IMG/VR virus record: IMGVR_UViG_3300029922_000014 | Location: 1-64,000 of that record | Direction: 5' to 3' (one strand) | Length of the DNA stretch: 64,000 nt | Origin: a virus | Shown here: in pieces, positions 1 to 8,524 of the stretch | Position numbering within the stretch: position 1 is the stretch's first letter | Layout: every line of letters begins with the position of its first letter | Program-made: the position numbers and the translations under genes | The notes under the pieces: generated by a model | The model's database searches: none | What the model was told of the DNA's origin: nothing | Seen by the model: the letters and a program-made list of their open reading frames with translations, nothing else

Positions 1-29
1 GCGTTGGTATGGGTCTTGAAGAGGTTCAT
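1..29 (-). CDS. 5' end of a gene running off the window (MNLFKTHTN...)
   Basis: ATG at 29 preceded by GGAG RBS and promoter cassette P1. Confidence 0.6.
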
Positions 30-35
30 GGCTGA

Positions 36-125
36 CTCCGGGTCCGTGGGACCATTGGGGTATGGCGGCCAGCGTACCCGGATTGACACGATGTCAATCC
101 TATTTCCTGCATGACGCGGAAAGTC
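36..125 (-). promoter_or_regulatory. Promoter cassette P1: TTTCCGC-box, palindrome GATTGACA-N3-TGTCAATC (81..99) containing TTGACA, 15-bp spacer, TACGCT, GGTCC-CAC-GGACC stem-loop, GGAG RBS
   Basis: Same architecture at 5 loci, each directly upstream of a start codon. Confidence 0.75.
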
Positions 126-152
126 TGAAATTAAGGCCTTCTGAGAAGGACG
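109..152. repeat. 44-bp perfect direct repeat, copy 1 (within a ~77-bp imperfect repeat 76..152)
   Basis: GCATGACGCGGAAAGTCTGAAATTAAGGCCTTCTGAGAAGGACG identical to 3102..3145. Confidence 0.95.
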
Positions 153-153
153 G

Positions 154-900
154 TCACGGTTTCCGAATGCGGTACGGCCGGCGAATCCAGTACAGCAACT
201 CCTGACGTACGCTGTTTTCTTCCCCCCGCGCAACGCGCAGCATGGCCTTGCGCTCCCGTTGTCCGAGCACTGTCCAATTGGGAGGTGCTTGCATTTCAGA
301 CACGATGACGGTAGCACCCGTTGCGCTCCACTCTTCCATCGTTTGCCAGAATGTTCCGTGATCAAAGGCGCCCGCCCCACGATATTCCAAAGTCCCGGCG
401 TACGGAGGGTCGCAATAAACCACGGTGTCGGCGTCGGGGGTGTGGTCTCGGTAGTCGCAGCAAGCAATCGTCGCACCGTTGAAAGGGATCCGTGATTTCA
501 ATACGCTGGTGCGCGCCGCTGCGAGATATGGCTTGGTCCAGCGCTGCCAATGCTCATCCCACGCAGTGTCAACATATCCTCCGAAAAACTTTCCACCGAA
601 GCTGGCACCAAACCCCGCAAACCCGCGCAGTGCAGAAGGCGCCGACTTGCGAAGTTTGACGTATTCTTCGCGTGTGATGTGTTCGGGTGGTTCCCAGCCG
701 TCAGCAATTGCCTGCCACATGAGAATCAAGTCAGGGTGCGCATCACCGGCAGTAGCGCTGGAAAAGAACGGCGACAGCCGTGTAAACACCGCGCCGCTGC
801 CAACGAAGGGTTCTAAGTACTTGGACTTATTCCCGGAGACGCGAAGCACGTTTTCAACGATCCACCCGGCGATGCGGGTCTTCCCACCGACATAGCGCAT
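154..900 (-). CDS. dam: DNA adenine methyltransferase (Dam/D12 class)
   Basis: RYVGGK start, YLEPFVGSGAV SAM-binding motif, YCDPPY catalytic motif; coupled to helicase stop (TAATG). Confidence 0.9.
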   Translation of the reverse strand: MRYVGGKTRIAGWIVENVLRVSGNKSKYLEPFVGSGAVFTRLSPFFSSATAGDAHPDLILMWQAIADGWEPPEHITREEYVKLRKSAPSALRGFAGFGASFGGKFFGGYVDTAWDEHWQRWTKPYLAAARTSVLKSRIPFNGATIACCDYRDHTPDADTVVYCDPPYAGTLEYRGAGAFDHGTFWQTMEEWSATGATVIVSEMQAPPNWTVLGQRERKAMLRVARGEENSVRQELLYWIRRPYRIRKP

Positions 901-3029
901 TAGCGTTTCGCTTTCTTGCCTGTGACTTTGACTTTGACTTTGACTTTGGCTTTGGCTTTGCCAGTGCTGCGCGGTTTGCGTTTAGGTGTGAGGCGCTTGA
1001 AGCTATCGCGGAACGCGTTGCTGTTGGACACCTTGGGCTTGATGGGGGAGCGGGTCTTCAATTTATCTGTCAAGGCACGCGCGAAACGGCGTTCAGAAAT
1101 GTGCGCAACTGCGATCTGCGCCGCTTCTTTCGTCGATCCGTGCGTGGCGGCCAACGTTTCAAGAGACTGCGACGTATCGACATTTCTCCAGGACGTACGC
1201 TGCGCTGCCATCCGCGCGGGAAGACCGCTCTCCCACTTCCAGCCGCGGGTCTTGTTGAGGATGCTGAATGCGCCCCTGCAATCGGGATCGCGCTGACGCC
1301 GATTCAACTGCACAGACCACCAAGTGGCTTGCAACTTGCTGGTCTTCTTCGCAAGCGCCCCTGTTTTTGGCATCGTATTGCCGTTGGCGATCATCCACTT
1401 GCGAACTTCCGCAGCGTCATGCGTCAAGGATCCGGCACCTCCAGGGTTAGAACCTCCCCACTGAACCAGCATCGGTTCAATCGAGGACACGAATTGTACG
1501 GCATCGTCAGACAAAACTTCGACCTTGTCTGGAAGCGTTATGACCCTCTCAAAACCTTCAAGGTCGTAAACGCGTCCATCGCGCGTCACCAGCGTATTGT
1601 CGGTCTCCTCAGAGGTTTCGCGCATTGTCAACGGATCGAAGTTGGCGGCTGCCACAAGACGAGGGAACACCAATTCCCCATTTTCGTCTTGGCGCACATT
1701 CGCCGCCCGCTTAACAGGAATTGCGGACACGATCTGAGACAATGAGTCGTCACAGGCACGCAATGCGAACAACACGTTCGCAAGATTTTCGTAGGGGGTT
1801 CCGGAAAAGCTGTCAGAAGGAGCGGCGCCATCAGTAGAAACATCATCAGGGCCAATGAAGATGGGAACGATGACCAGCCCTGTTTTCTTTCCAGGGGAAA
1901 GTCGAGAAGCGCGGCCGACTCCCTGAACGATCGACGTGGTGGATTGAATCGGTTCGGTAAACGCGATAGCGTCGATGACAGGGACATCGACCCCCTCACC
2001 AAGGCATTTGGCGTTGGTTACGACCGCATAATCGCCCACGTAACTGTCAAACTTTTCCAACTTCGCGCAGCGGGAACGGCTGCTCATTGTGCCGTTGATG
2101 TGGTCGGCGTGAACATCCGTGCCATCAATGAAACGCGCCACGTGTTCATGGAGGTTGGCGAACACTGCGGCAGTGCGAACCCGGCTATGGAAGGAGATGC
2201 ACTTGCGCGCGTGGTGCTGCTTCATGGTCTTGTGGATTGCAATGTGCGTAGCAAATGCCTTCGCTTGACCTTGAATCGCCCCAAAGGTCATCCCAGGGTT
2301 GCGTTCGAGCAACGCTTCGACTTCACGACTGGTAACATGTGCAACGACGATTTTATAGTCAGTCAACAACCCGCGACGGACAGCCTCTGAGAAATTGAGG
2401 CTATAGAAGACAGGCCCGAATCGTTGGGGATCATCCATCGACAGCACATTTTCCTCGTCGCCGTCCAGGGAAAATACACGGGGCGTGGCCGTCATGAACA
2501 GGCGATGAACGCTGGGCACGGCGTGGACGGTAGTAAACAGCCCATCGGCCCTGCCTGCACACCGATGTGCTTCGTCGCAAATCATGAAGTTGAAGCGCGG
2601 GACGCCGGGGATGCGCAATGCCTCTGCGACAACTTCTGAACTGGTGTAAGTGGCAAATACGACCAACCGCGAACATTTTTTCTTCAGCAATTCAGCGAGT
2701 GTCAGTGAATTGGTGGTGACGTGGACGCCTGCGTCGACCAATTCGGTGACGGCGATGTCGTCATCCCCCACCGTCGAATCACAACAGACCGCGCACATGT
2801 CAAAGGGTTCGGCAGCGTGAGCGCGCCATTCCCGAATGCTCTGCGCCACCAATGCGATGGAAGGGGAGAACAATACGGTACGGGCGCTTTTCAAGCGTTC
2901 TGCGACGCGCAAGCCAACCCGGGTTTTTCCCGTTCCGCAGGCCATATGAAGCTGACCCGCAGAGGACTCTGCAAAGCCTTGCAGAGTGGCATCGATGGCC
3001 TCTTGTTGATGTTTGAGGTCGGGTTGCAT
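900..3029 (-). CDS. Superfamily 2 DEAH helicase (type ISP/Res-like, possible helicase-associated C-terminal domain, Lys-rich tail)
   Basis: MACGTGKT, DEAH, MTATPR, LGEGVDVP, QGVGRASR motifs; start moved to ATG 3029 after GAGGAG RBS. Confidence 0.9.
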   Translation of the reverse strand: MQPDLKHQQEAIDATLQGFAESSAGQLHMACGTGKTRVGLRVAERLKSARTVLFSPSIALVAQSIREWRAHAAEPFDMCAVCCDSTVGDDDIAVTELVDAGVHVTTNSLTLAELLKKKCSRLVVFATYTSSEVVAEALRIPGVPRFNFMICDEAHRCAGRADGLFTTVHAVPSVHRLFMTATPRVFSLDGDEENVLSMDDPQRFGPVFYSLNFSEAVRRGLLTDYKIVVAHVTSREVEALLERNPGMTFGAIQGQAKAFATHIAIHKTMKQHHARKCISFHSRVRTAAVFANLHEHVARFIDGTDVHADHINGTMSSRSRCAKLEKFDSYVGDYAVVTNAKCLGEGVDVPVIDAIAFTEPIQSTTSIVQGVGRASRLSPGKKTGLVIVPIFIGPDDVSTDGAAPSDSFSGTPYENLANVLFALRACDDSLSQIVSAIPVKRAANVRQDENGELVFPRLVAAANFDPLTMRETSEETDNTLVTRDGRVYDLEGFERVITLPDKVEVLSDDAVQFVSSIEPMLVQWGGSNPGGAGSLTHDAAEVRKWMIANGNTMPKTGALAKKTSKLQATWWSVQLNRRQRDPDCRGAFSILNKTRGWKWESGLPARMAAQRTSWRNVDTSQSLETLAATHGSTKEAAQIAVAHISERRFARALTDKLKTRSPIKPKVSNSNAFRDSFKRLTPKRKPRSTGKAKAKVKVKVKVTGKKAKR

Positions 3030-3035
3030 AGCTAA

Positions 3036-3118
3036 CTCCTCGGTCCAGGGGACCGTTGGCGACAACATACCGGGATTGACATCGTGTCAATCCGATTTAC
3101 CGCATGACGCGGAAAGTC
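3036..3118 (-). promoter_or_regulatory. Promoter cassette P2 (palindrome 3074..3092; TTGACA-N15-TATGTT; GGTCC-CCT-GGACC stem-loop; GAGGAG)
   Basis: Direct inspection; matches P1, P3, P4, P5. Confidence 0.75.
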
Positions 3119-3145
3119 TGAAATTAAGGCCTTCTGAGAAGGACG
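3102..3145. repeat. 44-bp perfect direct repeat, copy 2
   Basis: Identical to 109..152; contains the 3' end of ORF 3124..3504. Confidence 0.95.
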
Positions 3146-3504
3146 ACGAAGGCCGAGCCCATGAGGTACCGGTCGAGCGGAGCGGCAAGGTCGATGTCCC
3201 AATTACCGGGGAAGGTCTCCTCCCCGACAAAGGTGATCGCAACGCCAAACAGCGCCGCTTGTGCTTCGGGTCCGCGGGTGACCCCTCCGAGCATTTCCAT
3301 GCCGCCATCGGTCAGGCGCACGATGTCCCCGACCTGCGGCATGTAGTAATCGGGCGGACGCTGAGCGGTCCAGTCCGGACGGTTCTCGGCCAGGATGCAG
3401 GCCGGGCAGCGGAGGTCTCCGACCCAGCGCATGTGGTGCTTCTCGCACCAATAGGTCGGCGGTTCGCGGCCGGTGAACGCATCGGTGATCAGGAAGTCTT
3501 CCAT
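3124..3504 (-). CDS. hypothetical protein (CxxH/CxxC zinc-ribbon-like N-terminus)
   Basis: Tightly packed minus-strand ORF; WCEKH...CPAC. Confidence 0.6.
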   Translation of the reverse strand: MEDFLITDAFTGREPPTYWCEKHHMRWVGDLRCPACILAENRPDWTAQRPPDYYMPQVGDIVRLTDGGMEMLGGVTRGPEAQAALFGVAITFVGEETFPGNWDIDLAAPLDRYLMGSAFVVLLRRP

Positions 3505-3507
3505 AGC

Positions 3508-3837
3508 TCAGTTGCTGGTGTAGAGGATGACGGTTTCGGTCTTCGAGAAGCGTGGACCTTTACCCAAACCGTCGTGCAGTTCCTTCGGGGCGATGATGTT
3601 GCAGGTCACCCCAGTTTCGGTTGAGTGTTCGTCAGCCAACTTTTTGGCAACAATCGGAAACAGCGCAGTGGCCGGCATCTCCCATTGCTCGTATTGGAAA
3701 GCCGTCAGCAGCAGATCCGTGCCGTTGGGCGCGATACGGATCTGGAACTTGGTCGTATTCGCTTTGACGATTCCGTAGTAGTGGTGCAGGTAGACGTGCT
3801 CGCGATAGTTGAACTTGCGGGATTGTTTGAAGCTCAT
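3508..3837 (-). CDS. hypothetical protein
   Basis: Operon packing; GAGGA RBS in preceding gene end. Confidence 0.65.
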   Translation of the reverse strand: MSFKQSRKFNYREHVYLHHYYGIVKANTTKFQIRIAPNGTDLLLTAFQYEQWEMPATALFPIVAKKLADEHSTETGVTCNIIAPKELHDGLGKGPRFSKTETVILYTSN

Positions 3838-3842
3838 GACTT

Positions 3843-4448
3843 TTATTCCTCGTCGATGGCCATCGCCATCGAGCTAACAGGCATACCGGTTTCGATGGCG
3901 CGGTTGTGGTCGCAGTGTGCGACAACGTTGGGGGTGATGTATTTGCCGGAACGGGGATCGTACCCGAACCAGTTGACGTCGGAGTCCAAGCGCAGGCCCA
4001 CGGCTTCCCAGGAGAGGCGCACCAGCCGCGCGGTATCTGGCGACTGCACCTGGAAGTCGGATGTTGCCACGGTCTGGTCGGCGTATGCCCGCACACCGTC
4101 GATATAGGCGAACTCCGAAAAGCGTGCGAACAGCACGTTCTCCCACAGCCGCGGGTCGATCGGACCCTGGCATTGCTGGCGTAGCCACTTTGCCAGCGCG
4201 CTGTGCGCCCGGCTGCGCAACAGCACGAGTGTCACTTGCGGGGTGACGCTGTTGGCATTCCCGTTCCACGGGATGCCGGCGGCTTTCAACCGTTCGATGA
4301 GGCGGTCGACGATGTCGAGCGACTTTTCCAGGTGGTAGCGCGAATCCGGTCCGTTGCACAGCGTCCAGAGCGCCGCGATGCAGGGGTTGATGGAATCGAC
4401 GTTTGCGATGGCGCGCAGGGCGCGGCGGCGTTCGATGGCGACAGTCAT
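3843..4448 (-). CDS. hypothetical protein
   Basis: GAAAGG RBS before ATG 4448; operon packing. Confidence 0.65.
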   Translation of the reverse strand: MTVAIERRRALRAIANVDSINPCIAALWTLCNGPDSRYHLEKSLDIVDRLIERLKAAGIPWNGNANSVTPQVTLVLLRSRAHSALAKWLRQQCQGPIDPRLWENVLFARFSEFAYIDGVRAYADQTVATSDFQVQSPDTARLVRLSWEAVGLRLDSDVNWFGYDPRSGKYITPNVVAHCDHNRAIETGMPVSSMAMAIDEE

Positions 4449-4582
4449 GGTTTGACCTTTCAAAAAGAGGCAGCGAATGCGCGTTCACATTCATCGTTGC
4501 AGAGAGACTTCGGCGGGTCGGTCAGCTTGCCGTAAATCGTTTCGCCACATTCCGTTGATGGCTTCGACTTTGGCGGCGGCGA

Positions 4583-4810
4583 TCATGTCTGGGACTCCTT
4601 GTTGCGCCGCCATGGCGGAAGGGGTGGAACGTCACCTCCGAGGAAACCAGGAAGACGGCAGGCGCAGTCGACCTCCCTGCCCCACAAGGATATGGTGGTT
4701 CCATGGCCCTGGCAATGTTTGCAATTGGGATTCGCCGGGGTTGCGGCGATCTGGGCATGCAATGGGGCCAATAGGATGTCGACAGCGTCGGGTTTGCGCG
4801 TACGGGACAT
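4583..4810 (-). CDS. small Cys-containing hypothetical protein (CxxCxGxG...CxC)
   Basis: CKHCQGHG...CAC; follows the previous stop closely. Confidence 0.6.
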   Translation of the reverse strand: MSRTRKPDAVDILLAPLHAQIAATPANPNCKHCQGHGTTISLWGREVDCACRLPGFLGGDVPPLPPWRRNKESQT

Positions 4811-4813
4811 GAC

Positions 4814-5269
4814 TCAAGCCGCCTGCACAGCGGTGGTGGCGGCTTTGGCCTTCGGGACCTTGACGACCGGACACTTGCCGGCGGCTTCCGCGATGGCGAT
4901 CAACTGCCCGGCGTACTTGGGCATCTTGTGGAACACGATGTCCATTTGCTTGGGGCTCAAGGGCGATGGGAACTTCGAGGTTGCCGGGTTCCAGGCCGCC
5001 GCCTGCTGCGCGAACCGCGTCAGGATCTCGGCGTCGGAACCGGTGAAGCCAACGCCGTTTTCGTCCGTGGTGGCGTTCTGGATCTGTTCGGCGGTGGTCT
5101 GACGCGCGAGTATCTGCGCCAGACCGCGGAGCGCCCACTTGGCGTCATGCATCAGCTTGGCTTTGAAGAAAGCCTTGCGCGCGTCCTTGGTCGGAAACGT
5201 CGCCGGGGTTGCCTGCTTGGACAGGTCCAGGGAGGTTTGGAGGGGGGCCAGTTCGGCGGTGGTGGACAT
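4814..5269 (-). CDS. conserved-looking phage hypothetical protein
   Basis: AGGAG RBS downstream of P3; QT.EQ...NGVGF...DA...LS.KQ...KY..QL pattern. Confidence 0.75.
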   Translation of the reverse strand: MSTTAELAPLQTSLDLSKQATPATFPTKDARKAFFKAKLMHDAKWALRGLAQILARQTTAEQIQNATTDENGVGFTGSDAEILTRFAQQAAAWNPATSKFPSPLSPKQMDIVFHKMPKYAGQLIAIAEAAGKCPVVKVPKAKAATTAVQAA

Positions 5270-5275
5270 TGCAGG

Positions 5276-5380
5276 CTCCTGGTCCGTGGGACCTTTGGCA
5301 GGGTGGACCGTTGGTCCGATGGGTGAACTGTACGCGGACTGACATCGTGTCAATCAAGACTTTCCGCGCTATACGGAAAA
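5276..5380 (-). promoter_or_regulatory. Promoter cassette P3 (palindrome 5338..5355; TTGACA-N15-TACAGT; two GGWCC-N3-GGWCC stem-loops; AGGAG)
   Basis: Direct inspection. Confidence 0.75.
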
Positions 5381-5409
5381 CACCCTAAAACAGAGTTGCA
5401 TCAATAAAC

Positions 5410-5444
5410 AATTAACCCCCGACTGGTTAGGCCGGGGGTTAATT
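5410..5444 (-). terminator. Probable intrinsic terminator
   Basis: AATTAACCCCCG...CGGGGGTTAATT inverted repeat with T-rich flanks, downstream of 5465..6397. Confidence 0.7.
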
Positions 5445-5464
5445 TTACGGGGGTGTGTACAGGA

Positions 5465-6397
5465 TCAGGCTGGTGCGGTCTTGGACACCGGCGTGGGCAA
5501 CGGAACCGGAGGCGCGGGAACAGGCGCGACGCTCTGAGGATCAACCGTCTTGATGAAGGAAACGACACCAGCGGGAACCGGCTTGCCAAGAGCAGTCGCA
5601 GCCCCGCGGAGCGCGTCGTCGATGGTAGTCGTTCCGATGCCAGCGACGGCGTCGTGCAGGTCGGTCAGCTTCGAGACGAGGTGATCTTTCTCTGCATTGA
5701 CGTCTTTGACCGCCGTTTTGGCGTCAGCGATGAAGCCGGTGAAGGCCCTGTGACCCCACAACCACGCAATCGCTCCACCGACCACGAGCACTGCGCCAAC
5801 GATTCCGAGCCAAGGGCTGGTCTGGCCGTAGGCCGACATTGCCAAACCGGTCGCAACCGCGGCCACGCCAAGGGGTGCTCCCAGCTTCGGACTGATCAGC
5901 CACGACAAAGCAATACCGATGAACACGCCGGCAGCGACTACGATGCCCCCGAGCCAATTCCACGTGCGCTTGTCGGCGGCGGCATCAGCGGCTTCCTTTT
6001 CGTCCGCAATTTCTTTGCGCTCTGCCACTGCGCGTTGATCGGCTGCGTCAGCCATCGCGTCGAGCGCTTTCTGCTGCTGCGCTTGCCGCGTCTGCGCCTG
6101 ACCTTCGAGACGCCCCAGTTCTTCGGACAGCACGGCTTGCTTGTAGGATTCAGCCGTGTCGTTGTCGGCCTTCGCCTTTGCCGCTGCAAGTTCGGCCGCG
6201 CGCCGCTGCTTGTCGAGGTCGGCAACCTCTGCCGTAGCCGGAGGAACCTCAGCGCGGATCCGGGTGGCTTCTGCTGCGGCGGGGACATCGGACGTTCTGG
6301 AGGTGCCGCAGCCATGCAGCACGATCACCAAAAGCACCAGGGTAGTCAGGCCGAAACCGCCGACCACAAGATCGACGAGGTAAGATAGGCGTTTCAT
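5465..6397 (-). CDS. Lipoprotein with coiled coil and C-terminal transmembrane helices (possible spanin/lysis protein)
   Basis: GGAGG RBS; hydrophobic signal with LHG-C lipobox; Ala/Gln-rich coiled coil; about 3 TM segments. Confidence 0.6.
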   Translation of the reverse strand: MKRLSYLVDLVVGGFGLTTLVLLVIVLHGCGTSRTSDVPAAAEATRIRAEVPPATAEVADLDKQRRAAELAAAKAKADNDTAESYKQAVLSEELGRLEGQAQTRQAQQQKALDAMADAADQRAVAERKEIADEKEAADAAADKRTWNWLGGIVVAAGVFIGIALSWLISPKLGAPLGVAAVATGLAMSAYGQTSPWLGIVGAVLVVGGAIAWLWGHRAFTGFIADAKTAVKDVNAEKDHLVSKLTDLHDAVAGIGTTTIDDALRGAATALGKPVPAGVVSFIKTVDPQSVAPVPAPPVPLPTPVSKTAPA

Positions 6398-6449
6398 GGA
6401 ACCTCCAAAGGTTCTGCCCATTGGACGCACCGCCGTTCCACTGGCCACG

Positions 6450-6480
6450 AAAAAGCCTGCCAGGGTTGCTGGCAGGCTTT
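6450..6480 (-). terminator. Intrinsic terminator
   Basis: AAAGCCTGCCAG-caacc-CTGGCAGGCTTTTT on the minus strand after 6500..7207. Confidence 0.8.
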
Positions 6481-6499
6481 GACGCACGTCGAGGAAGAA

Positions 6500-7207
6500 T
6501 TACTGGAAGAGGCAGGACGCGTGCACGTTGGCGACCGGGGCGCCGGTTCCGCAGACCACGCCGAAGGTGATCAGGTCATCCGCCGCGACCGGAATCGAGC
6601 CGAGGGAGACCTGGGTGACGGTGGTCTGCGCGGCGGCGATGGTAACCGACAGCGCGGTCGCCACGCCGTTCTTGAACACCGAAATGGTCAGTGTGGCGGC
6701 ATTGGAAACCGTCGCGTCGACGAAGGCGCGCAGATTGCTCAGCGTGCCGGCGCGCGGCATCGCGACTTGCGCATTGGCGATGGTGGCGGTTCCGGCACCG
6801 CCCTGGACATTGATGCCGTAGCGCGAAGCGCTGACGACGGCGGCGATCAGACCGGACATCAGCGGGACGCTGGCGACACCGGCGACGTTGGCCTGATCAT
6901 CGACGGTGCCGAGGAAGAAGCCGGCGGCTTGATCGGCCCACACTTTGAGGACCAAGCCGCCGTTGAGCGGGATCTGGTCGAAGGTGAAGTCGTTGGAGAG
7001 CGCGGCCATGTCCAGCTTGCTCAGCAACGTGACGCCGTCGGAGGCGTAGACGCCGAGGTGGACGGCGACGTTCGCGGGGGCGCCGAGGATGCGCGCGGTG
7101 ACGCGATGCGGGGTGGCGGCACCGGCCGGCGCGGTGTGCAGCGTGGTCGGGGTCGTGGTCAGCGCCAGAGGAGCGCCGTTGGTTTGGCCGGAGCCGAAGG
7201 TGATCAT
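6500..7207 (-). CDS. beta-rich putative virion/decoration protein
   Basis: Ala/Thr/Val-rich, high third-position GC, followed by a terminator. Confidence 0.6.
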   Translation of the reverse strand: MITFGSGQTNGAPLALTTTPTTLHTAPAGAATPHRVTARILGAPANVAVHLGVYASDGVTLLSKLDMAALSNDFTFDQIPLNGGLVLKVWADQAAGFFLGTVDDQANVAGVASVPLMSGLIAAVVSASRYGINVQGGAGTATIANAQVAMPRAGTLSNLRAFVDATVSNAATLTISVFKNGVATALSVTIAAAQTTVTQVSLGSIPVAADDLITFGVVCGTGAPVANVHASCLFQ

Positions 7208-7280
7208 GGGATGTCTCGCTGTTGGCTTGAGGTGCCCGCAGTCCATCAAACGGACGCCACAGCACAAGCGAGACTGCCGC

Positions 7281-7646
7281 TTAGCTTGGGTTCAACCCCA
7301 GGCGGCGCCTTTCGGCATTGCGGCGGATGGATTCGAGAACGGCTTCCGACTTTTCCTTGGCCGTCGGCGGCTTGGGAGCTTCCAGGCCTTGGGCAATTTG
7401 CAGGCGCAGCAGGTGAAGTGCACGATGGGGATCGGGCGGATCGGTGCCTTCACCGGTCACCTTGGTATCCAAGCCACGCACTTCCCAGGTGTTTTCCTTG
7501 TGGTCGACGAACGCCCGCAGGTCAGGCCAATCACCCCGGTGGCGGTCGAATGAATCAGGAAGCTGGAGATAGAACTGCACCCGGTCTTCAGCCGACGGCA
7601 CACGCCCGGGAACCTTCATCGCACGCCAAAAGGGGGTCTTGATCAC
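7281..7646 (-). CDS. hypothetical protein
   Basis: GTG start overlapping the previous stop (GTGA). Confidence 0.5.
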   Translation of the reverse strand: MIKTPFWRAMKVPGRVPSAEDRVQFYLQLPDSFDRHRGDWPDLRAFVDHKENTWEVRGLDTKVTGEGTDPPDPHRALHLLRLQIAQGLEAPKPPTAKEKSEAVLESIRRNAERRRLGLNPS

Positions 7647-7900
7647 GCAACGCTCTCCACAACTGCATTTTTCACGTGAAACCAGCGGAACGACGGAAAG
7701 TCCCACTCAGGGCGTCGAGAAAAGATGATGCTCGCGACGACGCGACGACGAATGATGCGCCGTTGTTGCTCAACAGTGAGCGCGCCCCAGCGCATCGAGA
7801 TTGCCGTCGGAGGGTTCATGGCGCTTTCACAAATAGCAGTTTGGAGGGTACCAGCCTCGCGAAGGCGTGCATCCAGGTTTCGGAGTTCTTCGATGTCCAT
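7643..7900 (-). CDS. hypothetical protein
   Basis: Operon packing downstream of P4. Confidence 0.55.
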   Translation of the reverse strand: MDIEELRNLDARLREAGTLQTAICESAMNPPTAISMRWGALTVEQQRRIIRRRVVASIIFSRRPEWDFPSFRWFHVKNAVVESVA

Positions 7901-7902
7901 GG

Positions 7903-8061
7903 TCAGTTCTGCGAGAAGTTTTGGTTCTGGCGTTCCGAGCGCAAGCGTTCACGTGCCTGGACGCTGCGGTTGAAGTCAACCTGCGCCCGGCCGAAGGTGT
8001 AACCCACGACGACGCCACAAAGCATCATGCCGATGGCGATCCAGAGAATAGGGTCAGACAT
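7903..8061 (-). CDS. small single-TM membrane protein
   Basis: AGGAG RBS; ILWIAIGMMLCGVVVGYTF. Confidence 0.65.
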   Translation of the reverse strand: MSDPILWIAIGMMLCGVVVGYTFGRAQVDFNRSVQARERLRSERQNQNFSQN

Positions 8062-8066
8062 GGTTG

Positions 8067-8156
8067 GCTCCTGGTCCAGGGGACCGTTGGTGTTGCCGGG
8101 ATCGTATGCCAACTGACATCGTGTCAATCGTCTGTTTCCGCGTCACGCAGAAAGTC
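8067..8156 (-). promoter_or_regulatory. Promoter cassette P4 (palindrome 8112..8129; TTGACA-N15-TACGAT; GGTCC-CCT-GGACC; AGGAG)
   Basis: Direct inspection. Confidence 0.75.
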
Positions 8157-8158
8157 GG

Positions 8159-8515
8159 TCAATACCCGCCCGGAATCGACCGATCCTGCACTTCGATCAC
8201 GCCCCAAGCCACGGTAAGCGGACCGGAGGGCATGACCGCAGTCAGGGTGAAGTTCCACGAACCAAGAACGCCGGTGAGGACGGGGGTGAAGGGAATCAGC
8301 ACCAAGCCGTTCGCCCAATCCGCAGGTGGGCTGTTGTAGCATTGGATTGGCGTGATCGGGTCGCCTTCAACCGGGTTCGCTTCAAGCTGAACCGCAGTCG
8401 CAGTCGACATGTCGAAGTATCCGGAGGACGACTGCGCGGAGCGCACCCGTACCAATTGACCGATGGTGTTGTTGTAAAACAACTCCAACCGCAGGTTTCC
8501 GAGAAGGGATGCCAT
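8159..8515 (-). CDS. small beta-sandwich virion/fibre-associated protein
   Basis: End of the fibre operon; AGGAG RBS. Confidence 0.6.
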   Translation of the reverse strand: MASLLGNLRLELFYNNTIGQLVRVRSAQSSSGYFDMSTATAVQLEANPVEGDPITPIQCYNSPPADWANGLVLIPFTPVLTGVLGSWNFTLTAVMPSGPLTVAWGVIEVQDRSIPGGY

Positions 8516-8524
8516 TACGTACTC

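Noticed and set aside
81-99. Identity with E. coli matS (GTGACRNYGTCAC)
   Set aside because: Half-sites are similar but TGAC/GTCA are 5 bp apart here versus 3 bp, and the flanks differ; analogy only
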